A stretch of 64,000 nucleotides of DNA from an uncultured bacterium (GTDB lineage: Bacteria > Acidobacteriota > HRBIN11 > JAKEFK01): contig CAVZQN010000005.1 of assembly GCA_963777505.1 (NCBI GenBank), positions 32,001 to 96,000 of the forward strand, written 5' to 3'. A program made the translations under genes and the position numbers. The notes below the pieces were generated by a model. It saw nothing but the letters and a program-made list of their open reading frames with translations. It was not told where the DNA came from and made no database searches. Positions 61,547 to 64,000 of this stretch are shown here, piece by piece (the first letter of the stretch is position 1; each line of letters starts with the position of its first letter).

Positions 61547-61939
61547 ATGAGACAAAAGCCCTTAGTGTATCTACTACCGTTAGTGTTACTATCTTTCACC
61601 GCGATCTGTTTTGCGGGAGCATTTCCAAAATCCGTAATGCTCCACCCAAAAGCAGGCGCAACATTTAGTCCAGGTGAAAAAGTTACGATCCGTTGGAAAA
61701 TCACTGATGCTGATAAAGCCGTGTTTTGCGAACAGGAAATCTATCTGATCGTTGGGGACGTAAAATATCAAATCAGTCCAGAACTTCAAAAAGACGTTCG
61801 CAAATACAAATGGGTTGTGCCAAATATTCCCGCTGAAAAGGCATATCTCGAATTGCATCTTGGCTGTGAAAGGGGATCAGCATTTGAAGCTGCGTACGTT
61901 CAAAAGAATCATCCCATCACGATTCGAGAAGATCAGTAG
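61547..61939 (+). CDS. Small exported beta-sandwich-like hypothetical protein
   Basis: GGAGG RBS, signal peptide, P..G.TF.PGEKVTIRW..YKWVVP. Confidence 0.65.
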   Translation: MRQKPLVYLLPLVLLSFTAICFAGAFPKSVMLHPKAGATFSPGEKVTIRWKITDADKAVFCEQEIYLIVGDVKYQISPELQKDVRKYKWVVPNIPAEKAYLELHLGCERGSAFEAAYVQKNHPITIREDQ

Positions 61940-62010
61940 TTGCAGTTCAACTTTAGCTTTTGTTGAATTGTGACAATTTGTATCCGTGGATCGAACTGAA
62001 GGACTAAATC

Positions 62011-62412
62011 GTGAACTTTCCATTAGTCTCTAACAGACAAATTTTATTCCTAATACTCTCTTCTTTGCTTTATTCACTGTCTATTTATGCTGATTCTCAA
62101 TTAGGAAAGACAGTGGTCCAATTGAAAGAAGGAGAAAGTGCGTTCGTTCCTGGAACAGAGATCAAAATTGTTGTTAAATCTGTGATCGACTTAACATCTT
62201 CGGGATGCATGGGGGGGCCGATTGGTTGCCGCGATCAAGTAACAATCGAGATTCAGTCCAGTAAGGACAACAGGCTGGAGGTAGTTCTTGAGACTGCCAA
62301 AACTGTGGATCAAAAAAAGCGAAAGATCGACCAAACATCCATTCACGGGAAAACGATTCGTTTGATTCGTCTCAACAAAAAGGAAGTAGAACTTGTTGTG
62401 GAGAATCCTTAA
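62011..62412 (+). CDS. Exported hypothetical protein
   Basis: AAGGA RBS, signal peptide, Cys pair. Confidence 0.55.
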   Translation: MNFPLVSNRQILFLILSSLLYSLSIYADSQLGKTVVQLKEGESAFVPGTEIKIVVKSVIDLTSSGCMGGPIGCRDQVTIEIQSSKDNRLEVVLETAKTVDQKKRKIDQTSIHGKTIRLIRLNKKEVELVVENP

Positions 62413-62488
62413 GGGATGAAACGAACCATTGACTCCTGAGATGCGTATCACAAAAAAATTCAAAACCCATCATAAGGAGGGGCTTTTG

Positions 62489-64000
62489 ATGAAAAAGACT
62501 CCAGGTATTTCTCTCATCGTGCTATTGATGATTTTTATCAGTGGCGCACTTTTCAATCTCAACGCTGAATCCAAGAAGAAAGATAAACCCGCCGCGAAAG
62601 ATTCAATGCGGTACTACTACGATAATAAAGCTGTATTTGAAAAATTATCGGGAGCCGCACAATCGGCATTAATCCGTGCATACGGACCCAAAAAGGGAGT
62701 AGGTACTTTAGGAACACCGAAAGAGAATCCTAAAGGTAAACTGAATCCAACAGCTCCGAATGCCGTAATTGTGAATGTACCGGTAAATAATCCTGCATTG
62801 GATTTAACGGCTCAGAATACTCAGAGCGAAACCAGTATTGTTCTCGCTGATGGCAACATAGTTGTTGGCTACAACGATTCCGGTGAATGTACTAATCTTT
62901 GTGCTGCAGACGAACATTTTACCGGATTTTCGTATTCGACAAATGGCGGTACATCTTTTGTTGATGGAGGCGCGCTTCCGGATGATCCTGTTGCTAATTT
63001 CGGAGATGTAGGCGATCCCGTTCTTGGGTACGACGTTACAAATGATATTGTTCATTTCTCAGCACTGGGTATGAATTTTCCTACAGGAGATGGACCCAGC
63101 TTAAAGTGTTTTCGATCTACAGATGGTGGGATCACATGGTCTACGCGAGTTGATTGTACACCTGGATTTGCGGCCACCGATTTTCAGGATAAGCAGTGGA
63201 TAGCCGTAGACAATTTTGCCGGTGCAGGACAAGGAAATGTCTACCAGGTATGGCGGCAATTCTCCGGCTCAAACCCACAAGGGATCCGATTTGTCCGTTC
63301 AACAGATGGAGGCCTGACATGGGGACCTTCACCTGGTACTTTAATTGCAAATCAGGGCTCTTTTAACGTTCAAGGTGCTTTTGTTGCTGTAGGACCTGAT
63401 CATGCAGTTTATGTTTTTTGGCTAGATCAAAGTGCTGGTAGCGGTACCGCTCACATACTGAAAGGTAGAAAGTCGACTGATCAAGGTGTTACGTGGAGTG
63501 CAGCGGCCAATATGTACACCTTCACAAATACACTTACAAACGGAAACCTGAATCTAACTGGCGGTTTCCGATCGAATTGTTTCCCGCACGCTGTTGTTAT
63601 TCCGGCAGGAACGAATGCGAATACTATCGTGCTTACATTTAATGACAATGATTCAGTGAATGGAGATCCTGATATCTATTCTGTGGAATGTGACGCAGGG
63701 GATATTACGACTTGTGCTGGGAAGGTTCAAGTCAACACTGAGTCAGTCAATAATCAACAATTCATGCCCACGCTTGCGACTACACCAGATGGAGGCGCTA
63801 CGTTTTTCACCTGGTATGACCGTAAGAATGATCCAGGTAATATGCTCATTGAAAGATTCGGTAGGATTTTTAGTGGCGGCGGAAGTACTGTCGACTTTGT
63901 AATGAGTGACAATCCGTTTTTGCCTGTTTTCGGATCGGATCCGGTCGTCAATTCAACTTACATGGGTGATTACGATCACGCAGTTGCTGATAACGCCTTT
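62489..64000 (+). CDS. Exported BNR/Asp-box (sialidase-fold) protein, runs off the window
   Basis: Absent from the ORF track because it has no stop in the window. AAGGAGG RBS, signal peptide, TQSETSI, YSTNGGTSF, RSTDGGITW, RSTDGGLTW, KSTDQGVTW, YMGDY. Confidence 0.85.
   Translation, partial: MKKTPGISLIVLLMIFISGALFNLNAESKKKDKPAAKDSMRYYYDNKAVFEKLSGAAQSALIRAYGPKKGVGTLGTPKENPKGKLNPTAPNAVIVNVPVNNPALDLTAQNTQSETSIVLADGNIVVGYNDSGECTNLCAADEHFTGFSYSTNGGTSFVDGGALPDDPVANFGDVGDPVLGYDVTNDIVHFSALGMNFPTGDGPSLKCFRSTDGGITWSTRVDCTPGFAATDFQDKQWIAVDNFAGAGQGNVYQVWRQFSGSNPQGIRFVRSTDGGLTWGPSPGTLIANQGSFNVQGAFVAVGPDHAVYVFWLDQSAGSGTAHILKGRKSTDQGVTWSAAANMYTFTNTLTNGNLNLTGGFRSNCFPHAVVIPAGTNANTIVLTFNDNDSVNGDPDIYSVECDAGDITTCAGKVQVNTESVNNQQFMPTLATTPDGGATFFTWYDRKNDPGNMLIERFGRIFSGGGSTVDFVMSDNPFLPVFGSDPVVNSTYMGDYDHAVADNAF

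Overview
Bacterial chromosomal segment of moderate GC (mid-40s % by eye). The gene content (Ser/Thr kinase-TolB-like-TPR protein, VWA-domain protein, ECF sigma with zinc-finger anti-sigma) is suggestive of Acidobacteriota, but this is an inference. It holds about 50 mostly accessory genes: an atypical TrxB plus cNMP-domain histidine kinase, a TetR-RND efflux operon, an AraC/diiron/FAD-oxidase cluster, two ECF sigma systems, two paralogous zinc-ribbon/ankyrin/TM/TPR proteins and assorted enzymes. No rRNA, tRNA, CRISPR array, transposase or integrase was seen. Six genes are split by single-base frameshifts, mostly at short homopolymers, which most likely reflects long-read consensus error. The best signals not explained by the gene list are: (1) a dispersed AT-rich double palindrome, TAGTACTA-N6-TAGTACTA, at five sites; (2) five TGTCGA-N17-CGACTA promoter-like motifs that define a probable ECF42 regulon, one of them unexpectedly upstream of the efflux operon; (3) signal-peptide-less orphan proteins with disordered N-termini and peptidoglycan-targeting domains, two sharing a short helical motif, plus a SycD-like TPR fragment, consistent with dispersed secretion-system effectors; (4) tandem membrane-anchored ankyrin-TPR paralogs with variable low-complexity spacers; (5) three further REP-like families.
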